DNA of 64,000 nucleotides from Candidatus Latescibacterota bacterium (GTDB lineage Bacteria; Latescibacterota; UBA2968; GCA-2709665): NCBI GenBank assembly GCA_965116875.1, contig OZ220733.1, positions 3,232,001 to 3,296,000 of the forward strand, read 5' to 3'. Shown piece by piece: positions 51,034 to 60,172 of this stretch (position 1 is its first letter; each line of letters starts with the position of its first letter). The notes under the pieces were generated by a model. It saw only the letters and a program-made list of their open reading frames with translations, ran no database searches and was not told where the DNA came from. The position numbers and the translations under genes were made by a program.

Positions 51034-51084
51034 GCTTTCATGGTGCCGGCAAGGAGTCAGTTGGTTGGGTTTATCGAATTGAGA

Positions 51085-51960
51085 TTAAATGATGCGGCGG
51101 ACGATGCGGGGTTGGCGCAGGCCGTCTCCCATGTTCCAGGATTCGGTGCCGTACCTGGTTTCAACGAGAAGTTCGGCGTCGGCCGTTTCCTCGGGAGACA
51201 ACGCGGATTCGCTCAGGGTGACGTCCAGGGTCTCTTCAAAACCGCCTCGAAGGGCGTGCGCCACCCTGTTGAAGTCAGCCGGGCGGCCCGCTTCCGAAAG
51301 GGAGACGGTGTGCCGGTCCAGTTCCCGCCGAAATCTCTCCTTCAGAGGCTTGCGGCGGTCCGGCATGAGATCGATGAGACGTTTGTGTTCCGGGCCCAGA
51401 AGAAGGGAGCCGTGTTGAAGCAGTACGCCGCCCAGACGCCGCTGTGCGCTGCCGATGATTTTCCTGTCGTTGAGCGTCACTTCATACTGTGTGGTACTCG
51501 AAAAGCAGGGTGAGGTGAGGCCCTCTCCACGAGGAGACGAGACCGGAGTACGCCGCGGCTCGAACCGGGCGTCCACGCCGAGGAGTCGCAGGCTTGCAAC
51601 CAGGCAGGCGCTGATTTTCCGGTAGGACTCCTGAATGGAGCCGCCCAGCAGCGGGTCGTCGGCGCGGCAGGTGACGCTGTACGTGAGTTCGTTCCAATGA
51701 AGGACGGCGCGCCCGCCGCTCGGCCGGCGGACAAGCTGGATACCGCGCTGCCGGCATCGGTCCGCGTCGACTTCACGGCCGATCCTCTGGGCGTAGCCGA
51801 AAGAGACGGCGGGCGGCGTCCAGCCGAACGTCCGGACCGTGGGTGGCGACGTATCCCCCTCAACGCCGCGCACAATGGCTTCGTCCACGGCCATATTGAA
51901 GAAGGCGTTTCCCGACCCGGTGTTCAGGAAACGCCACGGACGCGATCCGGTTTTCCGCAT
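51085..51960 (-). CDS. Lipoate-protein ligase A / octanoyltransferase LipM-like
   Basis: NMAVDEA, VRRPSGGRAVLH, RKIIGSAQ and LQHGS. Confidence 0.88.
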   Translation of the reverse strand: MRKTGSRPWRFLNTGSGNAFFNMAVDEAIVRGVEGDTSPPTVRTFGWTPPAVSFGYAQRIGREVDADRCRQRGIQLVRRPSGGRAVLHWNELTYSVTCRADDPLLGGSIQESYRKISACLVASLRLLGVDARFEPRRTPVSSPRGEGLTSPCFSSTTQYEVTLNDRKIIGSAQRRLGGVLLQHGSLLLGPEHKRLIDLMPDRRKPLKERFRRELDRHTVSLSEAGRPADFNRVAHALRGGFEETLDVTLSESALSPEETADAELLVETRYGTESWNMGDGLRQPRIVRRII

Positions 51961-51963
51961 GAA

Positions 51964-52713
51964 TCAGGAGACTCCCAGCTTCTGCAACGCCTCTTTCGCG
52001 GCCATCTGTTGTGCCTCTTTCTTGCTTCGCCCCTTTCCGAAGCCCATTCGTTCGCCGGCGATCAACACCTCGACACTGAACGTCTTGTGGTGGTCCGGCC
52101 CCTCTTCGGAACTGACCAGGTAGCGGGGGTGTCCCCGGCCTTCGCCCTGCGTATGCTCCAGAAGGACGCTCTTGAAGTTGAGATAGCTGCTATTGGCGAC
52201 AATTGGATCGATATTGCTCAGGAGGTGGCTCTGAACGACAGTGTCCGCGGCCTTGAGCCCGCCGTCGAGATAGACGGCGCCCAGAATTGCCTCGAAAGTA
52301 TCTCCGATGATCGACGTCCGGTCTCTCCCTCCCGCCAGATCCTCTTCCTTGCTGAGCAGGACGTGGTGGCCGAGTCCGATCGCGCGGCCCCGTTGTGCGA
52401 GAATGACTTTGCTGACGAGGACCGACTTGATCTGCGTGAGGTCGCCTTCACGTTTGTTTTGAAACTTCCGATACAGGTTCTCCGTGACCAGCAGGTCCAG
52501 TACGGCGTCGCCGAGAAACTCGAGCCGTTCGTTCGACGCGATGCTTCCTTCGCCAACGGCGTAGGCGTAGGAGCGGTGTTTGATCGCCTGCACAAGGAGA
52601 TCGGGATCCGAAAAACGATAGCCGAGTTTTTCCTGGAGACTTTCCGGGGTATGCGCTGCCCGGTCGCGCCCGAGCCAGCGTGCAACCGTATGTCTGATTC
52701 TGACAAGTCCGAT
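51964..52713 (-). CDS. rnc: Ribonuclease III (start uncertain, probably non-canonical)
   Basis: NERLEFLGDAVL, DTFEAILGAVYLDGG and a dsRBD (GPDHHKTF, SKKEAQQMAA). The conserved LQEKLGYRF lies upstream of the first GTG. Confidence 0.93.
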   Translation of the reverse strand: MGLVRIRHTVARWLGRDRAAHTPESLQEKLGYRFSDPDLLVQAIKHRSYAYAVGEGSIASNERLEFLGDAVLDLLVTENLYRKFQNKREGDLTQIKSVLVSKVILAQRGRAIGLGHHVLLSKEEDLAGGRDRTSIIGDTFEAILGAVYLDGGLKAADTVVQSHLLSNIDPIVANSSYLNFKSVLLEHTQGEGRGHPRYLVSSEEGPDHHKTFSVEVLIAGERMGFGKGRSKKEAQQMAAKEALQKLGVS

Positions 52714-52732
52714 GAGCTTTACCCTGCGGGAG

Positions 52733-53992
52733 TTATCGGCCGTCGTACCTGCGCATCGCGAGCACCGCGTTGTGCCCGCCGAACCCGAAGGAGTTGTTTA
52801 TTGCCGCACGGACCGGCATTTCCCGTGCCGTATTGGGCACGTAGTCGAGGTCGCACTCCGGATCGGGATGTTCGTAGTTGATGGTGGGTGGCACGCGGCC
52901 GTGATGGATGGCCAGGAGGCAGGCGATGCTCTCGATTGCGCCGGAGGCGCCCAGAAGATGGCCCGTCATGGATTTGGTGGAGCTGACCGCGGTTTTTTCC
53001 GCGTGATCACCCAGGACGGATTTAATGGCCGCGGTTTCGGTCCGGTCGCCTATCGGAGTCGACGTGCCGTGGGCATTGATGTAGTCCACGTCCTCCGGGT
53101 TCAATCCTGCCTGATTCAGGGCGATTCTCATCGCGCGGGCGCCGCCCTCGCCGCCCGGGGCCATGTCGGTAACGTGATATGCGTCTGCAGTGAAGCCTGC
53201 GCCGGCGATCTCGGCGTAAATCCGTGCGCCCCGCCGCCGCGCGTGTTCCAGTTCTTCGAGGATGAGCGCGCCGCACCCCTCGCCCAGCACGAATCCGTCA
53301 CGCTCCAGGTCGAATGGACGGCTGGCCCCCTGCGGGTCGTCGTTGCGCGTGGAAAGCGCCTTCATGGAAGCGAAACCCCCCAGCGACATGGCGCTGACGG
53401 CCGCTTCGGCGCCACCCGTAACCATGACGTCGGCTTCGTCGTGGCGGATCTCCCTGAAAGCGCACCCGATGGCGTGCGCGGCGGAGGAACAGGCGGACAC
53501 GGTGGTGTAGTTCGGCCCTCTGGCGCCGAGCAGGATGGAGACCTGCCCCGACGTCATGTCCGGGATCATCATGGGGATGAAGAACGGGCTGATCCGCCGT
53601 GCGCCCTTCTCGAGGAGGACGGTGTGTTGATCTTCGAACGTCCAGATACCGCCGATGCCCGAGCCGAAAATTACGCCCATCCGGTCGGAGTCTCCGGCGT
53701 CCACGTCCAGGTCGGCGTCCGTTACAGCCGTCCGCGCGCAACAGATGGCATACTGGGTGCACAGATCGTTGCGCCTGGCCAGTCTGCGGTCGAGACCGAA
53801 CCGCTCGGCGTCGAAATCCTTCAGTTCGGCTCCGAATGTAACCCGGAATCCTGTCGTATCGAATCTGCGGATGTGATCGACGCCGCTCTCTCCATTGAGC
53901 AACGCCTCCCAGTAGGCTTCGGTGTTCATTCCATTCGGCGCAAGGACGCCGAGGCCTGTGACCACAACCCTTCGGTTTCCGTTCAAGGGCAC
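52733..53992 (-). CDS. fabF: 3-oxoacyl-ACP synthase II
   Basis: RRVVVTGLG, SACSS, NAHGTST, GHLLGASG and NSFGFGGHN. Confidence 0.97.
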   Translation of the reverse strand: MPLNGNRRVVVTGLGVLAPNGMNTEAYWEALLNGESGVDHIRRFDTTGFRVTFGAELKDFDAERFGLDRRLARRNDLCTQYAICCARTAVTDADLDVDAGDSDRMGVIFGSGIGGIWTFEDQHTVLLEKGARRISPFFIPMMIPDMTSGQVSILLGARGPNYTTVSACSSAAHAIGCAFREIRHDEADVMVTGGAEAAVSAMSLGGFASMKALSTRNDDPQGASRPFDLERDGFVLGEGCGALILEELEHARRRGARIYAEIAGAGFTADAYHVTDMAPGGEGGARAMRIALNQAGLNPEDVDYINAHGTSTPIGDRTETAAIKSVLGDHAEKTAVSSTKSMTGHLLGASGAIESIACLLAIHHGRVPPTINYEHPDPECDLDYVPNTAREMPVRAAINNSFGFGGHNAVLAMRRYDGR

Positions 53993-54029
53993 CTTCTCCT
54001 GATTGTCGTGTCTGCGCAGGCGCGGCCGT

Positions 54030-54272
54030 CTATTCGTTCAGGCGTTTCTTGAGATAATCCGTGACGTCGCTCACGGTCTCCAGCTTCTCGGCGTCTTCAT
54101 CGGGAACTTCCATGTCAAATTCCTCTTCGAAGGCCATCACCAGTTCGACCGTGTCGAGGGAATCCGCGCCAAGATCATCTATGAAATGGGCCTCCGGAGT
54201 TACGCTGTCGGCATCCACACCCAGCTGATCAACGATGAGATCGACGACTTTCTGCTGAATATTTTCAGCCAT
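54030..54272 (-). CDS. acpP: Acyl carrier protein
   Basis: [20 protein letters not shown]. Confidence 0.98.
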   Translation of the reverse strand: MAENIQQKVVDLIVDQLGVDADSVTPEAHFIDDLGADSLDTVELVMAFEEEFDMEVPDEDAEKLETVSDVTDYLKKRLNE

Positions 54273-54293
54273 GGCAACTGTCTCCCTTTTTAT

Positions 54294-54455
54294 GAAGTTG
54301 TTTTAAAATTACCGGTGAGTTCCCGAGCGCGAGCGAAAAAGTGGCGGTCAAGGCGGGAAAACCCGCCCATATTTGTCTATACGGGTGGGTTTGACCAACG
54401 CTGACCGGCGCTTTTGCAGCCGTGCGAAGACCGCTGGGAATTTTAAGACAGCTTC
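54294..54455. mobile_element. 162-bp MITE, copy 3 (between fabG and acpP)
   Basis: Near-identical to copies 1 and 2, with the same TIRs. Confidence 0.9.
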
Positions 54456-54535
54456 TTATTGCAAACGACGGGTCACGCCGTACGGCCCGGCGCAACTCTC
54501 CGTTCGCGTCTGGCGTCAGATTTTTCACGATTGGC

Positions 54536-55282
54536 TTACATGACCATCCCGCCGTCCACAACCAGGACCTGCCCGGTGATATACGCGGCGTCGGCGGAGG
54601 CCAGAAACGCGACCGCCGCCGCGATATCTTCGGGAGTTCCCGGCGTGCCCAGGGGGACCTGTTCAAGAATCTTCTCTTTGAGTTGTTCCGGGAGTTTTTC
54701 CGTCATTTCGGTGGGAATATATCCAGGCGCGACTACGTTGGCAGTGATGCCCCTGCTCGCCATTTCTTTGGCGGCGGTCTTTGTGAGCCCGATAAGCCCG
54801 GATTTTGCGGCGGTGTACCCGGCCTGTCCGGGGTTTCCCATCAGTCCCGTTACGGATGAGATATTGATGATCCGCCCGGACCGCGCTCTCATCATCGGTC
54901 GCACGGCGGCCTGCATACACAAAAATGCGCCCTTGAGGTTGACGTTGAGAACAGCGTCCCAGTCACCCGGTTTCAGTCGCATCAGCAAACCGTCGCGCGC
55001 AATTCCGGCATTGTTGACCAGAATGTCCAACCCGCCCCAGCGGTCCAGGACGGCCTTGAAGAGCCCGACTACGTCGGTGGCGTTCGAAACGTCCGCCTTC
55101 AGTGCAAGCGCGCTCCCGCCGCGGTTCTCGATGGCTTCGGCCACCGCCTGTGCGCTGTCGAGGCTCCGGCTGGAGCACACCGCCACTCTTGCGCCTTCTT
55201 CGGCCAGGCGGTTGGCGATGGCCTCGCCGATGCCGCGGGATCCGCCCGTAACGATCGCGGTCCTGTCCTTTAGTCGATTCAT
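54536..55282 (-). CDS. fabG: 3-oxoacyl-ACP reductase
   Basis: TGGSRGIG, NNAGI, YTAAK and VDGGM. Confidence 0.96.
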   Translation of the reverse strand: MNRLKDRTAIVTGGSRGIGEAIANRLAEEGARVAVCSSRSLDSAQAVAEAIENRGGSALALKADVSNATDVVGLFKAVLDRWGGLDILVNNAGIARDGLLMRLKPGDWDAVLNVNLKGAFLCMQAAVRPMMRARSGRIINISSVTGLMGNPGQAGYTAAKSGLIGLTKTAAKEMASRGITANVVAPGYIPTEMTEKLPEQLKEKILEQVPLGTPGTPEDIAAAVAFLASADAAYITGQVLVVDGGMVM

Positions 55283-56199
55283 ACCGTAAGACTGTCCAGG
55301 TCCTCGAGGGTTCCGACGGATGATACGGCGACCCCCTTTTCGATGCGCCGCATCAGGGCTTTCAACGTACTTCCCGGTCCGGCTTCGATGGCGCGGTCGA
55401 CGCCTTCGGCAACCAGCCGCGTCATCGAAGCCGTCCATCGGACGGGAGAGACGACCTGCCTGATGAGAAGGTCTTTGAGCAAATGCGGATCGGTCGTGGG
55501 TTCCGCCGTCGTGTTCGGCACAACCGGAACACGCGCCGCCGAGAACGGAACGTTTGCAAGGGCGCCTTCAAGCGTGCCAAGGGCGGATTGCATGAGACCC
55601 GAGTGAAAGGCGCCGCTGACCTGGAGTTCCACAACCCTCCTGGCGCCTTCGGCCGATGCCTTCTTCATGGCCCGTTTCGCGGAGGTCGGCTCGCCTGAGA
55701 TGACGACCTGACCGGGGCAGTTGAAGTTTGCGGGCACGACCACGACGCCGGGCCCCAGCGATTCGCAAATGTTCACGACCGCACCGTCCTCCAGGCCTAT
55801 GATGGCCGCCATCGTACCAGGGTGCATTTTCCCCGCCGCGTGCATGGCTCGCCCGCGGATACCCACGATCCGGACACCGTCTTCCAGGGACATGACCCCG
55901 GCGGCGACAAGGGCCGCCAGCTCTCCCACGCTGTGTCCTGCCACGAAATCCGGGTGGATGCCCCTGTCTTTCAGGATTTCGAAAACCGAGATGCTGTGCG
56001 CGAAGATGGCCGGCTGCGTGATGGCCGTCTGTTTCAGGGTTTCTTCAGGGCCGTCGAAACAGAACGTCTTCAGTCCTGTCTCGGAGATGCGGTCGGTCAG
56101 ATTGAATACGTACTGGGCGATCGGTGAGGCGCTGTAAAGATCGCTGGCCATCCCAACGTATTGCGAACCCTGGCCGGGGAATAGGAATGCTAGGGACAT
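55279..56199 (-). CDS. fabD: Malonyl-CoA:ACP transacylase
   Basis: FPGQGSQ, GHSVGE and VSGAFHS. Confidence 0.96.
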   Translation of the reverse strand: MSLAFLFPGQGSQYVGMASDLYSASPIAQYVFNLTDRISETGLKTFCFDGPEETLKQTAITQPAIFAHSISVFEILKDRGIHPDFVAGHSVGELAALVAAGVMSLEDGVRIVGIRGRAMHAAGKMHPGTMAAIIGLEDGAVVNICESLGPGVVVVPANFNCPGQVVISGEPTSAKRAMKKASAEGARRVVELQVSGAFHSGLMQSALGTLEGALANVPFSAARVPVVPNTTAEPTTDPHLLKDLLIRQVVSPVRWTASMTRLVAEGVDRAIEAGPGSTLKALMRRIEKGVAVSSVGTLEDLDSLTV

Positions 56200-56257
56200 G
56201 ACGGTCCAGATACGTTTCTGCTTGTGGATTCCAACCACCGGCTCCCAGATGAGTGCA

Positions 56258-57253
56258 TCAGTACGCCCACTTCAACAGGGCGCTTCCCCACGTATAGCCG
56301 GCCCCGGCGCTTGCCAGTACAATATAGTCACCCTGCTTCACCCGGTCCTGTTCAACCGCTTCGGAAAGGGCGATGGGGATTGTGCCGCATGTCGTGTTCG
56401 CATATTTATCGATGTTGACCAGTACGCGTTCGGGAGCCAGCTTCATCCGGCGTGCCGTTGCGTCGATGATGCGCTTATTCGCCTGGTGTGGTACCAGCAG
56501 GGCGATATCGTTGCCGCTGAGGCCGTTTCGTTCCAGCAAATCCGCCGAAACCGCCGCCATGCTGCTGCTGGCGAACTTGAGCACGCGAGGCCCGTCCTGG
56601 TGAACGAAATGCATTTTCCTGTCGATCGTCTCGTGGCTTGCGGGATGCAGGCTGCCGCCGGCCGGCTGGCATAGATACTGGCCGCCGGATCCGTCCACGT
56701 TGAGGATAAAGTCCAGGACGCCGGCACCGGTCTCGTCGGGTTCCAGAAGGACTGCCCCCGCGCCGTCCCCGAACAGGACGCAGGTTTCCCGGTTGGTGTA
56801 GTCGACGACGGAACTCATTTTGTCGGAGCCGATGACCACCACTTTCCTGTGGGCTCCGCTTTCGATAAACTGGCCGCCTACGACCAGGGCGTAGAGGAAC
56901 CCGCAGCAGGCTGCGGAAAGGTCGAACCCCCACGCGTTGTCGGCCCCCACGTCGTTCTGAACCAGGCAGGCGGTAGCCGGATACACCATGTCCGGCGTCA
57001 CCGTTGCAACGATAATCAGGTCGATTTCACTGGCGTCCAGACCCTTTTGTTCGAGCAGGGATTCCATCGCGCCGGTAGCCATGTGAGAGGCACCCAGGCC
57101 GTCATCGAGGATGCGGCGTTCTGCAATACCCGTTCGTGATCGAATCCATTCGTCCGAGGTATCCACGATCTTTTCAAGGTCGGCATTCGTCAGCCGGCGT
57201 TCGGGGAGAAAGCGGGAGACACCGGTGACGGAAGCATGGACTTTTTTGTTCAT
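56258..57253 (-). CDS. fabH: 3-oxoacyl-ACP synthase III
   Basis: WIRSRTGI, AACCGF, FGDGAGA, PHQANKRI and YANT. Confidence 0.96.
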   Translation of the reverse strand: MNKKVHASVTGVSRFLPERRLTNADLEKIVDTSDEWIRSRTGIAERRILDDGLGASHMATGAMESLLEQKGLDASEIDLIIVATVTPDMVYPATACLVQNDVGADNAWGFDLSAACCGFLYALVVGGQFIESGAHRKVVVIGSDKMSSVVDYTNRETCVLFGDGAGAVLLEPDETGAGVLDFILNVDGSGGQYLCQPAGGSLHPASHETIDRKMHFVHQDGPRVLKFASSSMAAVSADLLERNGLSGNDIALLVPHQANKRIIDATARRMKLAPERVLVNIDKYANTTCGTIPIALSEAVEQDRVKQGDYIVLASAGAGYTWGSALLKWAY

Positions 57254-57308
57254 AGGCAAGAATTGGGATTCAGGAAACGACGAACAGAAAATCTGCCGGC
57301 TACGGCAA

Positions 57309-57491
57309 TCAGACGCTTTCGCCTTCGGTTACCTCGCGGCCGTTGTATTGTCCGCAGTTGGAGCAGACCCGGTGAGGCCTGCGCGGCTGGCCGCAGTTCG
57401 GACAGTCGGAGAAAGCGGGTCTCGAAAGCTTCCAGTGGGTACGTCGCTTGCCGGTTCTGGAATTGGAGCTTCTGCGTTTCGGGTGCGCCAT
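57309..57491 (-). CDS. rpmF: 50S ribosomal protein L32 (Zn-binding CxxC form)
   Basis: MAHPKRR...CPNCG...[10 protein letters not shown]. Confidence 0.95.
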   Translation of the reverse strand: MAHPKRRSSNSRTGKRRTHWKLSRPAFSDCPNCGQPRRPHRVCSNCGQYNGREVTEGESV

Positions 57492-57505
57492 TTTGAAATG
57501 CTCCT

Positions 57506-58018
57506 TCAGGACTCGTCTTTAAATGCTCTCAGGGCTTCCCAACGGGGGTCGGTTTCTGATGACGAACAGTTGCACTGTGTCTGGTTGAGGTTCTCTCCGC
57601 AGATTGGGCAAAGCCCCTCGCAGGACGTCTTGCACAGGGGGTTCAACGGCATTTCCAACAGGATATAGTCCTTTATTTCTTCGCCAAGGTCCACCTTGTC
57701 TCCGGATTCATCCAGCCATATCATCGTTTCGTCTTCATCATCCCTCATGGACTCGGGACGATTTTTCTGAAAGACGAACTTGAAATCGGAGGAGAGGGAG
57801 AACGATACGGGTTCCAGGCAGCGAACGCACTCGAGCCGAAGGTCGGCATTCGTCCGGCCGCTTGCCGATATGGACTCGCCGATCTTGACGAACTCGATTC
57901 GCGTCCTTATTGGACCCGCGAATTGCAGGTCCTCATCCTGGATATGCAACTCTTCCGGGGTTTCCTCCCAGTCCAGGCTGGCCTTGCCTTCTTCGAGTTC
58001 GTTGAGCGCAATAATCAT
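57506..58018 (-). CDS. yceD: DUF177/YceD family protein
   Basis: [24 protein letters not shown] and DPRWEAL. Lies upstream of rpmF. Confidence 0.92.
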   Translation of the reverse strand: MIIALNELEEGKASLDWEETPEELHIQDEDLQFAGPIRTRIEFVKIGESISASGRTNADLRLECVRCLEPVSFSLSSDFKFVFQKNRPESMRDDEDETMIWLDESGDKVDLGEEIKDYILLEMPLNPLCKTSCEGLCPICGENLNQTQCNCSSSETDPRWEALRAFKDES

Positions 58019-58051
58019 CGATATTTCCGACGTGGACGACTTGCGTCTGTT

Positions 58052-58462
58052 CTATACGCGTTCGCCGAAGAAAAAGGCGATCTCCCAGGTCGCGGTTTCA
58101 AGCGAGTCTGACGCGTGTACGGCGTTACGCTGGACGGTCGTGCCGAAATCTCTGCGAATGGTGCCTTCTGCCGCTTTCGCTGAATCGGTGACGCCTATGA
58201 TTTCGCGAAGCACCGACACCGCGTCTTCCCGTTCCAGCGCGAGCGGGACAACGGGACCCGAAGACATGAAGTCGATCAGGCCGTCAAAAAAAGGTTGTCC
58301 CTCGTGTACAGCGTAGAACCGGGTGGCCTCCTCACGCGTGAACCGCGTCATTCTCATCCGTCGAACCTTGAACCCCTTGCCTTCCACACGTTTCAGTATG
58401 GCGCCGATGACATTCCGGGAAACCGCGTCCGGCTTGATGATCAACAATGTTCGTTCCTGCAT
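58052..58462 (-). CDS. ndk: Nucleoside diphosphate kinase
   Basis: ERTLLIIKPDAV, GTIR and NAVHASDS. Confidence 0.97.
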   Translation of the reverse strand: MQERTLLIIKPDAVSRNVIGAILKRVEGKGFKVRRMRMTRFTREEATRFYAVHEGQPFFDGLIDFMSSGPVVPLALEREDAVSVLREIIGVTDSAKAAEGTIRRDFGTTVQRNAVHASDSLETATWEIAFFFGERV

Positions 58463-58525
58463 CGACACCCGCGCTTTCCGTCCGGCTCCTGGAGGGCGAT
58501 TTCGCGTATCACGCTGAAGATGAAG

Positions 58526-58554
58526 AAGATAGATTTTCTCCGGGGATTTGTCAA
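58526..58554 (-). promoter_or_regulatory. Putative sigma70 promoter heading the ndk-fab run
   Basis: TTGACA-17 bp-TATCTT on the minus strand. Confidence 0.55.
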
Positions 58555-58574
58555 TATCAAACTTCGATTTTGCG

Positions 58575-58740
58575 CAGTCAGCCGTCAGCCATCAGCGGTC
58601 GGGAAACAAGCTATCAGCAGTCAGCCGTCAGCTAAAGACGAAAAGCAAAACCAAGATCCACCGCTCCTCACCGCCCAGACCTCTCTCCCCGGCCCTCTTG
58701 GAAGCAGCTATCAGCCGTCAGCGGTCAGCAGTCAGCTAAA
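58575..58740. repeat. (TCAGCNN)n heptamer arrays
   Basis: GTCAGCCGTCAGCCATCAGCGGTC... Also at 59631-59660 and 59756-59800. Confidence 0.85.
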
Positions 58741-58810
58741 GGCGAAAGTCAAGGTCCAAAGCAAACCATCCGCCCGGCCCCGCAGACCTCTCTCCCCGGC
58801 CCTTCAGAAA

Positions 58811-58940
58811 CGGGGAGACGGGAGAGGGGAGAGGGGAGAGATTGCCTGCCTCGTGAGGCTTCTTCTCGTGCCGGAGGCAAGAAGATTAACCTACCGGGCA
58901 AGGATTTCTTCTAACGTCTTCCGTCTACCCTCTACCCGCC
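58811..58940 (+). mobile_element. Heptamer-flanked ~130-bp element, complete copy
   Basis: Same core as 27901-28030. Confidence 0.8.
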
Positions 58941-58947
58941 TTTATGC

Positions 58948-59272
58948 GACCTCTCTCCCCGGCCCTCTCTCCTAAAGGAAAGAGGGAGAAAGGAAAGGCG
59001 TCGCGTGCCTGTCATCCATAGATACTCTGATTTTCAAGGAAACGCCGCCGGTTTTCCGCTCTCCTCAGCAATCCGCTTCCATTCGATTCTTGCGAGAGTC
59101 CGATTGCAGAAGTGACAGACGTCAAAGTTACCGCTACTTCTTCCTTTTTCTCCCTTCCTCCAGGAAGGGGGTCAGGAGGTAGGTCCAGTGAGGTTTCCTC
59201 TCATGCCGCAGGCAAGGGGGAATAAGATGTCCGGCAAGGATAACTTCTGCCGTCTCACCTCTCCCGTCTCAC
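58948..59272 (+). repeat. 325-bp direct repeat, copy A
   Basis: Near-identical to 59848-60172 at an offset of 900 bp. Confidence 0.92.
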
Positions 59273-59623
59273 CGCCTTTTGGGTTTTCTTCAACGCCGAT
59301 CTGAGATGGTAACCCGCCGCCGCGGCCAGCGCCCCGACAAGGCCTCCGATCAACGCCGTGAGTACAACGAGCAGAGATGGATCCGAAAGGTCGGCAATGC
59401 CGGCAATCTTCGCGGTGAGAATGCCGCCGGATTTCAGATGGATATAGCTGGCGGCGGCCGCCCACAGGATCCCTGCGCCGCTGAAACCCGCGCCCAGCGC
59501 TTTCCACGCTGTGGGCGCCTTCCAGAGACCGGCCGCGAATCCCGCCGCGCCGATTCCCCACCACGGCAGCGCCATGCCGGCGATCAGCCCGAATATGAGG
59601 ACGTATATAGCGGTTGAAATCAT
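59255..59623 (-). CDS. Small multi-pass membrane protein
   Basis: Gly/Ala-rich TM segments with an LPWW motif. Confidence 0.75.
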   Translation of the reverse strand: MISTAIYVLIFGLIAGMALPWWGIGAAGFAAGLWKAPTAWKALGAGFSGAGILWAAAASYIHLKSGGILTAKIAGIADLSDPSLLVVLTALIGGLVGALAAAAGYHLRSALKKTQKAVRRER

Positions 59624-59847
59624 AAAGAAGCTGTCAGCGGTCAGCCATCAGCCGTCAGCTAAACCGGCTAGCGATACGGATCGGCAATATTCATGGGCGA
59701 TACCCGCGCCCGTATTGGATCTGTAGGGGCGACCGGCCGGTCGTCCGCCGTTCTACCATCAGCGGTCGGGAAACCAGCGATCAGCCATCAGCCGTCAGCT
59801 AAAGGCGAAAGTCAAGGTCCAAAGCAAACCATCCGCCCGGCCCCGCA

Positions 59848-60172
59848 GACCTCTCTCCCCGGCCCTCTCTCCTAAAGGAAAGAGGGAGAAAGGAAAGGCG
59901 TCGCGTGCCGGTCATCGAAAGACACTCTGATTTTCAAGGAAACGCCGCCGGTTTTTCGCTCTCCTCAGCAATCCGCTTCCATTCGATTCTTGCGAGAGTC
60001 CGATTGCAGAAGTGACAGACGTCAAAGTTACCGCTACTTCTTCCTTTTTCTCCCTTCCTTCAGGAAGGGGGTCAGGGGGTAGGTCCAGTGAGGTTTCCTC
60101 TCTTGCCGCAGGCAAGGAGGGATAGAATATCGGGCAAGGATATCTTCTCCCGTCTGCCCTCTCCCCTCTCAC
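59848..60172 (+). repeat. 325-bp direct repeat, copy B
   Basis: Near-identical to 58948-59272. Confidence 0.92.
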
